Assembly (NCBI GenBank): GCA_012729015.1
Contig: JAAYDY010000044.1
Coordinates: 19,891 to 83,890 of the forward strand
Source of the DNA: Phycisphaerae bacterium
Lineage (GTDB): Bacteria > Planctomycetota > Phycisphaerae > FEN-1346 > JAACEH01
DNA: 64,000 nucleotides
Reading direction: 5' to 3'
How positions within the stretch are numbered: the stretch's first letter is position 1; each line of letters starts with the position of its first letter. Under the pieces are notes generated by a model, which saw only the letters and a list, made by a program, of their open reading frames with translations, searched no databases and had not been told where the DNA came from. The position numbers and the translations under genes are program-made. Of the stretch, positions 51,547 through 61,659 are shown in pieces.

Positions 51547-52044
51547 TCAGCGGCTGCTTCGCCTTCGGCTCATTTCGCGCCGCGTGTCGCGCTCGGTATC
51601 CCGCCGCTTGATGTCCTCGCGCTTGTCGAATTCGCGCTTGCCGCGCGCCACCGCCAACTCGATCTTGGCGTTGCCTCGCGACCAGTGAACGTCCAGCGGC
51701 ACCAGGGTGTACCCGGCCACCGTCGCTCGGGTCAGCATGCGGCGGATTTCGCGGCGATGCACGAGCAGCTTGCGGGTCCGCCGCGGATCGTGCTGCGCGG
51801 GCCCGGCCTGATCGTACGGGCCGATGTGCATATTATACAGGTAGACCTCGCCGTTCTGGAGCCGCGCGAACGCCTCGTCGAGATTGCCTCTGCCGTCGCG
51901 AAGGCTCTTGACCTCGCTGCCTTCCAGCACGATTCCCGCTTCGAGCGTCTCCTCGATGTGGAAATTGAACCGGGCTTTGCGGTTGCGGATCACCGGATTG
52001 CCGGGCGCCGATGCGCCATCGCCCTGGGTCTTCTTGCCTGTCAT
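51547..52044 (-). CDS. smpB: SsrA-binding protein
   Basis: NRKARFNFHIEETLEAGIVL...GSEVKSLR... typical SmpB. Confidence 0.9.
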   Translation of the reverse strand: MTGKKTQGDGASAPGNPVIRNRKARFNFHIEETLEAGIVLEGSEVKSLRDGRGNLDEAFARLQNGEVYLYNMHIGPYDQAGPAQHDPRRTRKLLVHRREIRRMLTRATVAGYTLVPLDVHWSRGNAKIELAVARGKREFDKREDIKRRDTERDTRREMSRRRSSR

Positions 52045-52160
52045 GGTGCGGGATTATATCAGGACGTGACGCGGACGCCACCCACGAAATGTCGGGGGCG
52101 CCGCCCAACGGCAGCGCCCCGACACGAAATCCCCTGTCCACGCCGTCGTGTCGCCGTCGA

Positions 52161-53597
52161 CTACGGCTGCGGCTCCGACGGCGCACCACCGGGCGACGTC
52201 CCGCCGCCCGACTCCGCCGCATCCCACCGCGGCTCCATGCGAAGCAGTTGCGTCTGCTTATCCTTCAGCCCTCGCAGCACAAAGAGCACGATCTCCTTCG
52301 GCTTCTTCTCCACCTCTTCCTTGAAGATCCGCTCGAAGTCCTCGATGCCCGCGATCTCCCGGTCCTGCACCTTCTTGATGATGTCGCCGTCGCTCAGTCC
52401 CGCGGCATCGGCCCATCCCGACGAGTCGATGAAGTGGACAATCACGCCCTTCTCGTCGTTCGGCAACTCACGCACCAGCGTGTCGTCGAGCACCAGCTCA
52501 CGCACGCCCAGGCCGAACTGCTTGTTGCGATACCGCACCGCTTCCGCCTCGCTCTTCGGCTGCGGCTCCAGCGTCACCTTCAGCGGCACCACCTTCCCGT
52601 CACGGAACACCTCCACGTCCACCGTCTCGCCTACCTTGCGCTCGCGAATCTCGTTCTGGAACGCAGTCACCAGTTGCCCCTCGGTGCCCTTGATGTCCTT
52701 GCCGCCGATCGACAGGATCAGGTCTTCGACCTTGATTCCCGCCTTGTCCGACGGCGATCCGGCGATGATCCGCCCCACAACGACGCCGCGCCGCTCGCCC
52801 AGACCATGGTACTCGGCCAGGTCTTCGCTCACGGCCTCAAGCCCGGCCACGCCCATCCACGGACGCTTCACCTGCTGCCCGCCCTCCGGCGGGTTCTTCA
52901 TCCGCTCCAGGAACCGTTCCGTCGGCCACACAATCTGCGTCCGCCCCGCCTGCGGCTGCGCGTTCGTCCCACGGTTGAACACGTAGATCGTCGCCAGCCC
53001 CACCACCTTTCCGTCGAACGTCACGACCGGCGTCCCCGGAACGCCCAGGTCCCCGTCCACCGGATACAGCCGGAACGGTTTGTCGATCACCACCTGCACG
53101 CGGGTGTCCTGCACCATCACCTTGTAAGCGTCCGGCTCGCCGAGATTCCCGAATCCGACCACGGGGTCGCCGATCTGAAGCTCCGCCGCCTCGAATTCCA
53201 GCGGGGGCAGTTTCGGCGCGCTCGGGTCCGTAACGCGCACAAACGCTACCTGGGCCACGTCATCCTTGCCCAGGTACTCGGCCGTATACGACTTGCCGTC
53301 CACGGCGCCCGGCACGATCACGCGGAAATCCTTGTACTGGCTGATCGCCACGTTGTCGCGGATGACCAGGCTCGTGAACATCACCAGGTTGTTCTCGCCC
53401 ACCACGCTGCCCAGGAACCTGGCCTCCGCCTTGCGACCGTCGTCCGCCTCGATGTAGAACGACACAATCACCAGCGACGGCTGCACCTTGTCCAGAACCG
53501 TGCGGAGGGTCTCCGCCGTGGCATCGGCCACGGCCGCCGTCGGCCATCCCGCCGCCGCAACCAGCGCCAGCACTGCCGCAATGCCCAGTCTCTTCAT
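52161..53597 (-). CDS. HtrA/DegP-like pseudoprotease: trypsin-fold domain lacking the His/Asp/Ser triad, plus two PDZ domains; signal peptide
   Basis: Position of the GNSGGP serine motif reads DGDLGVPGTPVV; no histidine in the His-box region; two PDZ-like GSPSDKAGI / AAGLSDGDII stretches. Confidence 0.55.
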   Translation of the reverse strand: MKRLGIAAVLALVAAAGWPTAAVADATAETLRTVLDKVQPSLVIVSFYIEADDGRKAEARFLGSVVGENNLVMFTSLVIRDNVAISQYKDFRVIVPGAVDGKSYTAEYLGKDDVAQVAFVRVTDPSAPKLPPLEFEAAELQIGDPVVGFGNLGEPDAYKVMVQDTRVQVVIDKPFRLYPVDGDLGVPGTPVVTFDGKVVGLATIYVFNRGTNAQPQAGRTQIVWPTERFLERMKNPPEGGQQVKRPWMGVAGLEAVSEDLAEYHGLGERRGVVVGRIIAGSPSDKAGIKVEDLILSIGGKDIKGTEGQLVTAFQNEIRERKVGETVDVEVFRDGKVVPLKVTLEPQPKSEAEAVRYRNKQFGLGVRELVLDDTLVRELPNDEKGVIVHFIDSSGWADAAGLSDGDIIKKVQDREIAGIEDFERIFKEEVEKKPKEIVLFVLRGLKDKQTQLLRMEPRWDAAESGGGTSPGGAPSEPQP

Positions 53598-53677
53598 GAT
53601 CCGCTCCTGAAATGAGGACTCCTCGCCGGGGCGCGGCTGCCATCCATGCCGCGAGGCCTCGCCCGCCAACGGTGAAG

Positions 53678-55153
53678 TCACTGCCTTTGCGATTCCTGCT
53701 TCGTGTCGCCGTCCTTGTCGTCCTTGGGCGACTCCGCACCGGCAGGCTCTTTCGCCGCCTCCGGTTCCGCGTCGTACTCGATTCTCAGCACCTCGACCTT
53801 GATCGTCGGGCCGCGCCACACCTTGATCAGAATCCGAGGCTTCTTCTCCTTGACCGCCTCGTCGTACACCTTCTGCAACTGCTCCACGCTGTCAATCTCG
53901 GCCTGCTCGCACTGGAACACCACGTCCCCCTGGCTCAGGCGCACCTTGTGAGCCGGTTCGCCAGGACGCACGCCCGTCACGTACACCCCGCGCGTATTCT
54001 TCAGGTTCTCGCGGGTCGCCAGGCGCTTCGTGATGTTCTGCCCCACGAATCCCCACTTCTCGAAGTTCACCTCGTCGCTGCGCACCGTCGTCAATTCGGC
54101 CGTCGTCAAGCGGATGTCCATCGGCTCGCCGCCCCGACGGATCTTCAACGTCACCTCACGCCCGACCGGCGTGCCGGCAATGTGCCGCCTCAGCTCAAAC
54201 AACTCCTCCGGATACCGCCCTGCCACCCGGTGCCCGTCATACTCCAGCAGAATGTCCTGCGGCTGAAGGACGTTCTCCGCCGGGCTGTCCGGCTCGATGC
54301 TGGCGATGATCGCCCCTTCCGTCTTGCTCACGTCCAGGAAGCTCTCCAGATCCTGGAGAGCCTGGAACTGCACTCCGATGGTGCTCCGCAGCACCTTCCC
54401 GGTGTCCAGAATCTGCGCCACCACGTTCTTGGCCACGTTGATCGGCACCGCGAAGCCCAGGTCGTTGCCACCGCCCCGCGTGTTGATGCCGATCACCTCG
54501 CCGCGAAGATTCACCAGCGGACCGCCCGAGTTGCCGGGGTTGATGGCCGCATCCGTCTGGAGCCACGTGCTGAACAGGCCCGTCTCCAGACCTCCGCCCA
54601 GGTCCATCGCCTCAGACAGAATCCGGTCGTGGCACGAGATGATCCCGAAACTGATCGACCGCGACAGGCCGAACGGGCTGCCGATGGCCACCACCGTGTC
54701 GCCCTCGACCACCGTGTCGCTGTCGCCGAAAGGCGCCCAGGTGATCTGGAAGCCCTTCTCCCGAACCTCGTCCATGTTCAGCTTGATGACGGCCAGGTCT
54801 GTCCACGGATCGGCCCCGACGAGGGTCGCCTTCACCCGCTCCTTATTGAACAGCGTGCAACTGAGCTCTTCCGCCCGCCCGGCCACATGATAGTTGGTCA
54901 GCACGTGGCCCTGGCTGTCGAACAGGACTCCCGACCCGAAGCCGCCGACCCGTTCCTTCTGGCCGCGGAAATACTCCGTCTTGCGAGCCTCCACACGCAC
55001 CACGGCCGGATACACCATATCCCGGGCTCGCTTGATGACATTCTCGACCTCGACATAGGCCAAACGCTCGTCGCCCTGCGACGCCGGCCGGCAACCCGCC
55101 GACCACGCCGCCAAGGCTGCGCACGCCACTGCCCACACATGCGATGTTCTCAC
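53678..55153 (-). CDS. htrA: Periplasmic serine endoprotease HtrA/DegP/DegQ with intact catalytic triad and two PDZ domains; GTG start, lipoprotein-like signal (…AAWSAGC)
   Basis: TNYHV, DLAVIKL, GNSGGPL motifs; the window ORF track extends the N-terminus via TTG, but GTG 55153 follows an AAAGGGG Shine-Dalgarno. Confidence 0.85.
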   Translation of the reverse strand: MRTSHVWAVACAALAAWSAGCRPASQGDERLAYVEVENVIKRARDMVYPAVVRVEARKTEYFRGQKERVGGFGSGVLFDSQGHVLTNYHVAGRAEELSCTLFNKERVKATLVGADPWTDLAVIKLNMDEVREKGFQITWAPFGDSDTVVEGDTVVAIGSPFGLSRSISFGIISCHDRILSEAMDLGGGLETGLFSTWLQTDAAINPGNSGGPLVNLRGEVIGINTRGGGNDLGFAVPINVAKNVVAQILDTGKVLRSTIGVQFQALQDLESFLDVSKTEGAIIASIEPDSPAENVLQPQDILLEYDGHRVAGRYPEELFELRRHIAGTPVGREVTLKIRRGGEPMDIRLTTAELTTVRSDEVNFEKWGFVGQNITKRLATRENLKNTRGVYVTGVRPGEPAHKVRLSQGDVVFQCEQAEIDSVEQLQKVYDEAVKEKKPRILIKVWRGPTIKVEVLRIEYDAEPEAAKEPAGAESPKDDKDGDTKQESQRQ

Positions 55154-55290
55154 GGTTGCCGCCCCTTTCTGCGGTAAAGATTTCACCCTTATACGAGACG
55201 GCCGCCGCCGCAAGCAACTCTTTTCGCAGTGCCCTCGTAAAACAGACAGGGCGAACCGGCTTGTCGGCCGCTTCGCCCCTTGCTTCTCAG

Positions 55291-55379
55291 TGGTGCGCTC
55301 GAGAGGAGTCGAACCTCCACCCGGTGTAATCCGGACTAGGACCTGAACCTAGCGCGTCTGCCAGTTCCGCCACGAGCGC
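55291..55379 (-). tRNA. tRNA-Leu (anticodon CAG) with a long variable arm; CCA encoded
   Basis: Hand fold: acceptor GCGCTCG/CGAGCGC, anticodon stem CTAGG/CCTAG with loop TTCAGGT, 17-nt variable arm, T arm GGAGG-TTCGACT-CCTCT, 3' ACCA. Confidence 0.8.
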
Positions 55380-55581
55380 CTCAGAAACGCCATATTAGCG
55401 AATCCCGACGCCTTGTCAAGACGGCGACCGCCAAGAAAGTGATCGCCCAAGAAGACCGGGGCCGGCATCACTCCCACATCCTTCGCACGCCCGTCCCGCA
55501 GGCTCGGTCTTCAACAGAAAAACGCGGGCCGCCGGGCAAATCCACCCGGCGACCCGCAACCCTCGTGCCTGCGCCAACCCC

Positions 55582-58500
55582 TCACGGCGTCGTGTAGGTG
55601 ACCTCCAGGACGGCCCCATTGGCCGCCCCGCTATCGTATTGGAACGTCTTGTGATACGTCCCCGTGCCGCTGGTGGCCCGGATGCCCAGGTAACTGCCTG
55701 AGGCGTAGTTCTGCCGGCTGACGAACGCCTGGACAAGATCCTTCACGTCGCACGACGTGTACCACTCGTTGGCCGTCCAGTCGCCCACCGGAATCGACCA
55801 CGTCGCGCCGATGCCGCTCATGACGGTATCCACCTGCGGCGCCGTCCCCCCGGCAAACGACGGGCAACTGTCGTAATCCAGCACTTCGAACGTCACCGAC
55901 GACGTGCCGCTGGTGCCGTTGGTTCCCGTCGCCTTCAACTTGATCACGGCCGAGGTGATCGTCGCCCCGGCCGGGATGTCCAACTGCCAACGGTAGCCGC
56001 CGCCGCGTACGCTGCTGGTGTAGGGACACGTGGCATCCGGCGACGTAGACCAATGGGCGGGCTGGTTGTCAGGATACGTGTTAAACCAGTACGTGTCGTC
56101 GCCCGAGGCCGCCACCTGGTAGCTCTTCTGGGTCTCGCCACTCTCGGCGCCGATCATGTAGATGTGCACGCCGTACGGATCGAACGTGTCGTCGAAGTAG
56201 CCGCTGCCGGAGGTAATCGACCGCGACTCGCCGTACACCTGGATCGTGGTGCCCGACAGCAGTCCATCAACCGTGAACCGTGCCGAGACGACGTCCGGCG
56301 AGTAGTTGAATATACGGTCGTATCCGTCGCCGACGACTCGGTCGTCCTTGGTTGCTCCAAGGAGGTCCCTCAGATCGGCCGCGAAGATGTAGATCACCTC
56401 CTCGCCCGGGTCGCCGTGAACGCGCGTGGTCAGGTCAATCCGCGGACTGGTCAGGTAGTCCGGATCGTTCGGGTTCCCGGTGGCATTCGTCGCCACGACA
56501 CTGACCTCCGGACCGGCGTTCTCCTGCGAGCATATCACCGGAGTCAGGTCCGTCACGTCATCCAGGAAGTCCAGCATGGTGTCCTGGAGGTCTGTCGGAA
56601 TCGGGCAGAAGTAGTGGAAGTAGCTGATCGCCTTGGCCCCGTGGATCAGCGCCAGCCAGAACTCGTTCTTGAGCATCCTCGGCTCCGGGTCCGGCGTCCA
56701 GGCATACTCGCCGCCGGCCGACCAATAGCCGTAGGGCTGACTGTGCCCCTCCGCATTGGGGTCGCGGACGTCCTGCGTCTCGATAAATATGACCGTCGGG
56801 GCCAGGTCGCGGTTGTCCCAGCGCACCCGATCCAGCGTCAGGACGAAGTCGGCCAGGGTGGAGTACTCGAACTTGGTCGTGTACTCATACGGGTAGTAGT
56901 CGATCCCGATGATGTCCGTCAGCAAGGTCTTCTGTCCGAAGACATGCTCATTGGTCTCGAACAGCCAGTCCACGCTTCTGAACTGCCTGTGGTACGCGGC
57001 ATTGGGAGAGTATGTGTACCCCTCGAGATTCACCCAGACGGGATGGTCTGTGTCATACTGGTGGCTCAACGTCGTCCATTCGCGGGTCGTGATCGGTTCG
57101 ATGTAGCTTCCCGCCGCCTGGTAGAGATCGGGCTCGTCCATCCAGAACCAGGCCAGCAGCCCATTGTGGCTCTTCGACCCATTGATGTACGAGATCAGGT
57201 CGTTCGGGTCGGTCTCGTACCACGTCTGGTGATCGGCCTTGGTGTCCCAGGCGCCCGGTCCGGCTCCATAGAGACCTTCGGTCACCCCGAAATCCAGGTA
57301 GTCGAGCCACGAGGCCACGTTCTTGCTCGGGTAGTACCCCGTCACGAGCAACGTGTTGATACACGGCGAGACGGCGTGGGTCGGATAGTGGTTCACTCCG
57401 AGCATCCACGACGTCACCGGAATGAACGGCTGCGGGTCGCCGTTGCCGTCCCGGATGCAGATGTTGTTGTACAGGTCGATGCCCACCTTCGGCACACCGT
57501 TGTGAAGACGCGTCCAGGTATAGCTTTCGGAGCCGCGCACCGTGCTGTTCGGCGCAATCACCTCGGCCGTCATCGTATACTGTCCGCTGGTCAGGCCCGA
57601 CCAGTCCGCGTCGAACACGATCTCATCCTCCAGGTCCAGACCGCCCGCCTGCTGGAACAGCACGGTGTCGTTCGACTGCGGATCGGTCAGCGTGACGCGG
57701 AGGGTGTCGTTGGGGTTGGCGTTGAACACCCAGACGTAGATCGGCTGCCCGATGCGCACATGCGGGTCGGCCATGCGGAACTCCAGGATCGCATCGCCGC
57801 CGGTGAACGTCACGTCAATCTGCGCCGCCCGGTCCGGGTCGATGGTCGTCTCATCCACATAACTGTCGTACACCGTCTTGACCGCCCCCGACACCGGCGT
57901 CCCCATCAAACCGAAGTGGTTGCCGAAGACGTACCCGGTGCTTTCGGGATCCAGCGGATCGGCCTGCCGGTCGATGAACGCCTGGAGCATCGCGCTGAGG
58001 TCCGGCGACTCGACCCAATCGTCCACCGCCAGCGTGGACGGAAACACCCAGTCGGCGTACAGGCTGGTCGGATCCATCAGGTCCCAGGTCCACGGGTTGT
58101 CGGCTATGCTGAACACCGGGCAGTTGTCGGTGTCGAAGAGTTGCAGCCGCCCGGTCGATGCCTGGGCCGTGACATAGCTCATCTTCAGCCGCATCCGGGC
58201 GTCGGTAATGGTCGCATTCGGCGGGATGTACGACTTGAACCGCCAGGCCGCCTTGCGCGTGGCGTCGGAGTACGGGAAGTAGATCGATGTGCCCGTGTGC
58301 TGGACGTAGCTCTCGAAGCACTTCACGTCGTCCTGCGAGTTCCGGATGCTGAGCGTGACCACCTTCTCCTGGGCCGCGGTCGTGTAGTTGACTTCCAGAA
58401 TCGCCCCGTAGCTGTGGTCGCCGTAGTCCCACTGGCGGACCTGCCGCGTGCCGCCGCTGGCCTTGTCCTGCTTCAGGCCAAGGTAGTTCCCCGACGTGTA

Positions 58501-58965
58501 GCCGGGACGGTCGATGAACTCCTGGACAATGGCGGCGATGTCCGGCGAGGTATACCACTCGCCCGCCGTCCACCCCTCCGAAAACGTCCAGTCCACGTAA
58601 CCGGCCGTCGTGGCGTAGTAATACGGGTTCGGGCTGTTCAGGGCCGGACAGTTGTCGGAGTCCACCAGTTGCAGCCGCGCCGTTGCCGCCGCCGACCCCG
58701 TCTCGTAGGCATTCACCTTCAGATAGGCCGACGTGACCGTCGCCCCGGCGGGAATGTCAATGGCCCACCGGAAGAAGCCCGGGCGACTGCCGTAGCTGTA
58801 CGGAAAGTAGATGTTCGCTGTGGCGTAGTTGCATCCCGAACTCGTTGTCGCGGCATCGTCCACCGACGCCGCCACCTGGTACTGCACCGTTTCGGCCATG
58901 GCAGTGGCGGCCCACAGGCCTCCCAATGCCGCCAGGCACCCTACTGCAACCACAATCGTTCTCAT
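55582..58965 (-). CDS. Giant secreted protein (1127 aa): three copies of a novel ~170-aa module (two N-terminal, one C-terminal) around a central clan GH-A-like TIM-barrel region
   Basis: Signal peptide MRTIVVAVGCLAALGGLWAATAMA; internal repeats visible by eye (see findings); central WFWMDEPD and TVIFIETQD resemble GH-A acid/base and nucleophile motifs. Confidence 0.7.
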   Translation of the reverse strand: MRTIVVAVGCLAALGGLWAATAMAETVQYQVAASVDDAATTSSGCNYATANIYFPYSYGSRPGFFRWAIDIPAGATVTSAYLKVNAYETGSAAATARLQLVDSDNCPALNSPNPYYYATTAGYVDWTFSEGWTAGEWYTSPDIAAIVQEFIDRPGYTSGNYLGLKQDKASGGTRQVRQWDYGDHSYGAILEVNYTTAAQEKVVTLSIRNSQDDVKCFESYVQHTGTSIYFPYSDATRKAAWRFKSYIPPNATITDARMRLKMSYVTAQASTGRLQLFDTDNCPVFSIADNPWTWDLMDPTSLYADWVFPSTLAVDDWVESPDLSAMLQAFIDRQADPLDPESTGYVFGNHFGLMGTPVSGAVKTVYDSYVDETTIDPDRAAQIDVTFTGGDAILEFRMADPHVRIGQPIYVWVFNANPNDTLRVTLTDPQSNDTVLFQQAGGLDLEDEIVFDADWSGLTSGQYTMTAEVIAPNSTVRGSESYTWTRLHNGVPKVGIDLYNNICIRDGNGDPQPFIPVTSWMLGVNHYPTHAVSPCINTLLVTGYYPSKNVASWLDYLDFGVTEGLYGAGPGAWDTKADHQTWYETDPNDLISYINGSKSHNGLLAWFWMDEPDLYQAAGSYIEPITTREWTTLSHQYDTDHPVWVNLEGYTYSPNAAYHRQFRSVDWLFETNEHVFGQKTLLTDIIGIDYYPYEYTTKFEYSTLADFVLTLDRVRWDNRDLAPTVIFIETQDVRDPNAEGHSQPYGYWSAGGEYAWTPDPEPRMLKNEFWLALIHGAKAISYFHYFCPIPTDLQDTMLDFLDDVTDLTPVICSQENAGPEVSVVATNATGNPNDPDYLTSPRIDLTTRVHGDPGEEVIYIFAADLRDLLGATKDDRVVGDGYDRIFNYSPDVVSARFTVDGLLSGTTIQVYGESRSITSGSGYFDDTFDPYGVHIYMIGAESGETQKSYQVAASGDDTYWFNTYPDNQPAHWSTSPDATCPYTSSVRGGGYRWQLDIPAGATITSAVIKLKATGTNGTSGTSSVTFEVLDYDSCPSFAGGTAPQVDTVMSGIGATWSIPVGDWTANEWYTSCDVKDLVQAFVSRQNYASGSYLGIRATSGTGTYHKTFQYDSGAANGAVLEVTYTTP

Positions 58966-59455
58966 GCGTTTCTCCTTGTTCTGAACCAGACGTGAGCACG
59001 AACAGACACACAGACGCGATGTGTTTCATCCCAGCCGGAACCGGCGATCCGGCGAACCGGCCGATGCCGCGGCACACTGCGTGATGCGCCGGGGGACCAA
59101 CATGGGACACCCGGTAGCGACCATGGCGGCACTACTGACATGTGGGGCCGGTCGGCTCGGCCGATGGCCATGACAGGCCGCGCGTTCCAGCCCCGAGGCG
59201 TCTATGATAACGTAAGCCTCAGACATCTACCTGTCACAACGCGGTGTTATTGTTCAGAATGCGAGGCTCGACGCAACGGTGCGCAACTAGCGCCGATATG
59301 GCCGCTTATCGTGCACCGTGGGCTGCCGGCGGAACACGGACGGCCCTTTTCTCTTCGAGTTTCGCATTGCCGTCTGGCGGGATTGGACGGCATCGAATGA
59401 CACTGTGCCATAACACCCGTGCGCCGCGGGCGCCATGGAGCCGGTCGAAGCGGTC

Positions 59456-60118
59456 CTACGTCGTGCCGCGCCGGGCGATGCCGTGCAGAAGCAGGCTGAC
59501 GACGTGGCGAATGTGGGATTCCATGTCGGTTCGGTGGGCCAGGCTGTCCAGGCCGAGGAACTGGCCCATCGTGTACTGATTGCTGAAGTAGAAGAAGCAC
59601 AGGGAGAAGATGCTCACCAGCAGTTCCGTGGCGTCGATGCCTTCGCGAAACCGTCGCTCGGCCTGGCCCTTCTGCAAGGCCAGTTGCAGGGCCGTGGCGA
59701 TCTGGGCCTTCTTGCCCTCCAGGGCCAGTTGCCGTGCCACCCGGCCGCCGTGGAGGTTCTCGAAACTGATGAGCCGCACCGACTCCGGGTGCTCCGCCAG
59801 AAACGCGTGGTACCGGCGCACGAGCGTCTCCAGCAGTTCCTCGGGTGGCAGCAGCATGTGAGCCAGGGCGATTTCCACGCCGGCGAACTCGTCGTACACG
59901 GTCCTCAGCGCCTCGCGGTAGAGCCCCTCCTTGGAGCCGAAGTAGTGGTAGACCATCCGCTTGTTGAGCCCGGCCCGGCGACAGATGTCGTCCACCGAGG
60001 CCGCCTCCGGCCCCGACCGGCCGAACACGTCGATGGCCGCCTCCAGCAGCCGCCGCCGGCTGGCCTGAGGATCCCGCTTGCGAGTCTGCGAACCCGTCTG
60101 CTTGTGGCGCGTCTCCAT
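59456..60118 (-). CDS. TetR-family transcriptional regulator
   Basis: N-terminal TetR HTH ...RRLLEAAIDVFGRSGPEAASVDDICRRAGLNKRMVYHYFGSKEGLY. Confidence 0.85.
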   Translation of the reverse strand: METRHKQTGSQTRKRDPQASRRRLLEAAIDVFGRSGPEAASVDDICRRAGLNKRMVYHYFGSKEGLYREALRTVYDEFAGVEIALAHMLLPPEELLETLVRRYHAFLAEHPESVRLISFENLHGGRVARQLALEGKKAQIATALQLALQKGQAERRFREGIDATELLVSIFSLCFFYFSNQYTMGQFLGLDSLAHRTDMESHIRHVVSLLLHGIARRGTT

Positions 60119-60282
60119 GAGGACAATGTAACCTTGCAGTTACTTAAAGTCAACCATTGGGTAACATTTCTCTGGCGACCTGCGTGGCCCTGTGGTAGAC
60201 TCCCGGTTGTGGGTCGGCGACGAAGACACGTGCGGCGCCGCCCAGCAGGATTCTCTGGATCGCCACCAACCGGAGTCATGCC

Positions 60283-61611
60283 ATGAGCGGTAAGCTGGCT
60301 TGCGTGAAGACGCCGCTGCCCGGCCCCAAGGGGGCCGCGTTGCTGGAGAAATGGCACAGGTTCGAGGTCAATACCGTGGGATTCCAGGCCCCGGTCGTCT
60401 GGGACACCGCCCAGGGCGTTGTCGTCAAGGACGTGGACGGCAACACGTTCCTCGACTGGACCAGCGGCGTCCTGGTGACCAACGTCGGCCACTGCCATCC
60501 GAAGCTCGTGAAGGCGGTTCAGGAGGCCGTCGCGCGGCTCATCAACAACTATGAGTGCCCGACGCCCGCCCGCATCGAGGCCGCCGAGCGCCTGGTCGCC
60601 CACCTGCCCCCCCACATGGACAAGTGCTTCTTCCTGACCACCGGCAGCGAAGCCACCGAGTCGGTCACGCGCATCATGAAACGCAAGACCGGCTGTTTCG
60701 AGGTGATCGGCTTCCACGGCGGGTTCCATGGGCGCACCTACGCCGCCGCCGGCGTCGGAGGCCTGACGAATCCGAAGAAGGGCTACGGGCCGACCATGCC
60801 CGGAGCCATCCGCGTTCCGTTCCCGTACTCGTATCGCAGCCCCGTGGGCGACGACCCCGGCAAGCTCATCGACTTTGCCATGACGATGCTCGAAGAAGGC
60901 GTCCGGGCCAACAGCACCGGCTCGCTGGCGGGCATGATGGTGGAACCGTACCTGGGCGCCGCCGGATTCATCTTCCCGCCCGACGGCTACCTGGCCGAGC
61001 TTCAGAAGTGGTGCCGCGCCAAGGGCATCGTGTTCGCCGTGGACGAGGTGCAGAGCAGCTATGGCCGCACGGGCAGAATGTGGGGCCACCAGTGGGAAGC
61101 CGTCGAGCCGGACCTGATGGCCATCGGCAAGGGCATCGGCAACGGCATCCCGACGGCAGCCATCGCCGGGCGTACCGAGACGCTCTCGGGCATGGGCCCT
61201 GGCGACATGAGCAGCACCGTCGGCGGCAATCCTGTGTCCAGCGCGGCCGTCATTGCGATTCTGGAGATCATGGACGAGGAGAAGCTGTCGGAGAATGCCC
61301 TGGCCGTCGGCAAGGTCATCAAGGACCGGCTGCTGGCGATCCAGGACAAGAGCCGCATCGTCGGCGATGTCCGCGGCCGCGGCCTCGTGATGGGCGTCGA
61401 GCTGGTCAAGGACAGGAAGACCAAGGAACCCGCCGCCGACCTGACCCGCAAGCTGATCGTCCGCGCCGCCGAGAAGGGCCTGTTGATCGGATCGGTGGGC
61501 ATCTTCGGCAACGTGATTCGCGTGGCGCCGCCGCTGGTCATCAACGAGGCCCAGGCCCACGAAAGTCTGGACATCTTCGCCTCGGCCCTGGCCGACGTGG
61601 AGAAACGGTAA
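60283..61611 (+). CDS. Class III PLP-dependent aminotransferase
   Basis: Typical class-III layout with PLP-lysine region DEVQSSYGRTGRMWG...AIGKGIGNG. Confidence 0.8.
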   Translation: MSGKLACVKTPLPGPKGAALLEKWHRFEVNTVGFQAPVVWDTAQGVVVKDVDGNTFLDWTSGVLVTNVGHCHPKLVKAVQEAVARLINNYECPTPARIEAAERLVAHLPPHMDKCFFLTTGSEATESVTRIMKRKTGCFEVIGFHGGFHGRTYAAAGVGGLTNPKKGYGPTMPGAIRVPFPYSYRSPVGDDPGKLIDFAMTMLEEGVRANSTGSLAGMMVEPYLGAAGFIFPPDGYLAELQKWCRAKGIVFAVDEVQSSYGRTGRMWGHQWEAVEPDLMAIGKGIGNGIPTAAIAGRTETLSGMGPGDMSSTVGGNPVSSAAVIAILEIMDEEKLSENALAVGKVIKDRLLAIQDKSRIVGDVRGRGLVMGVELVKDRKTKEPAADLTRKLIVRAAEKGLLIGSVGIFGNVIRVAPPLVINEAQAHESLDIFASALADVEKR

Positions 61612-61659
61612 TACGGTCTGCCGGCCGCGACCGGCGCAGGTTCCTTTGTGGAGCGTACC

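Noticed and set aside
51431-52160. tmRNA (ssrA) next to smpB
   Set aside because: The intergenic regions flanking smpB are only ~115 bp each, too short for a ~350-nt tmRNA.
56053-58995. 980-aa plus-strand ORF antisense to the giant secreted-protein gene
   Set aside because: Low-complexity R/V/G-rich translation; the minus-strand frame has a signal peptide, internal protein repeats and GH-like motifs.
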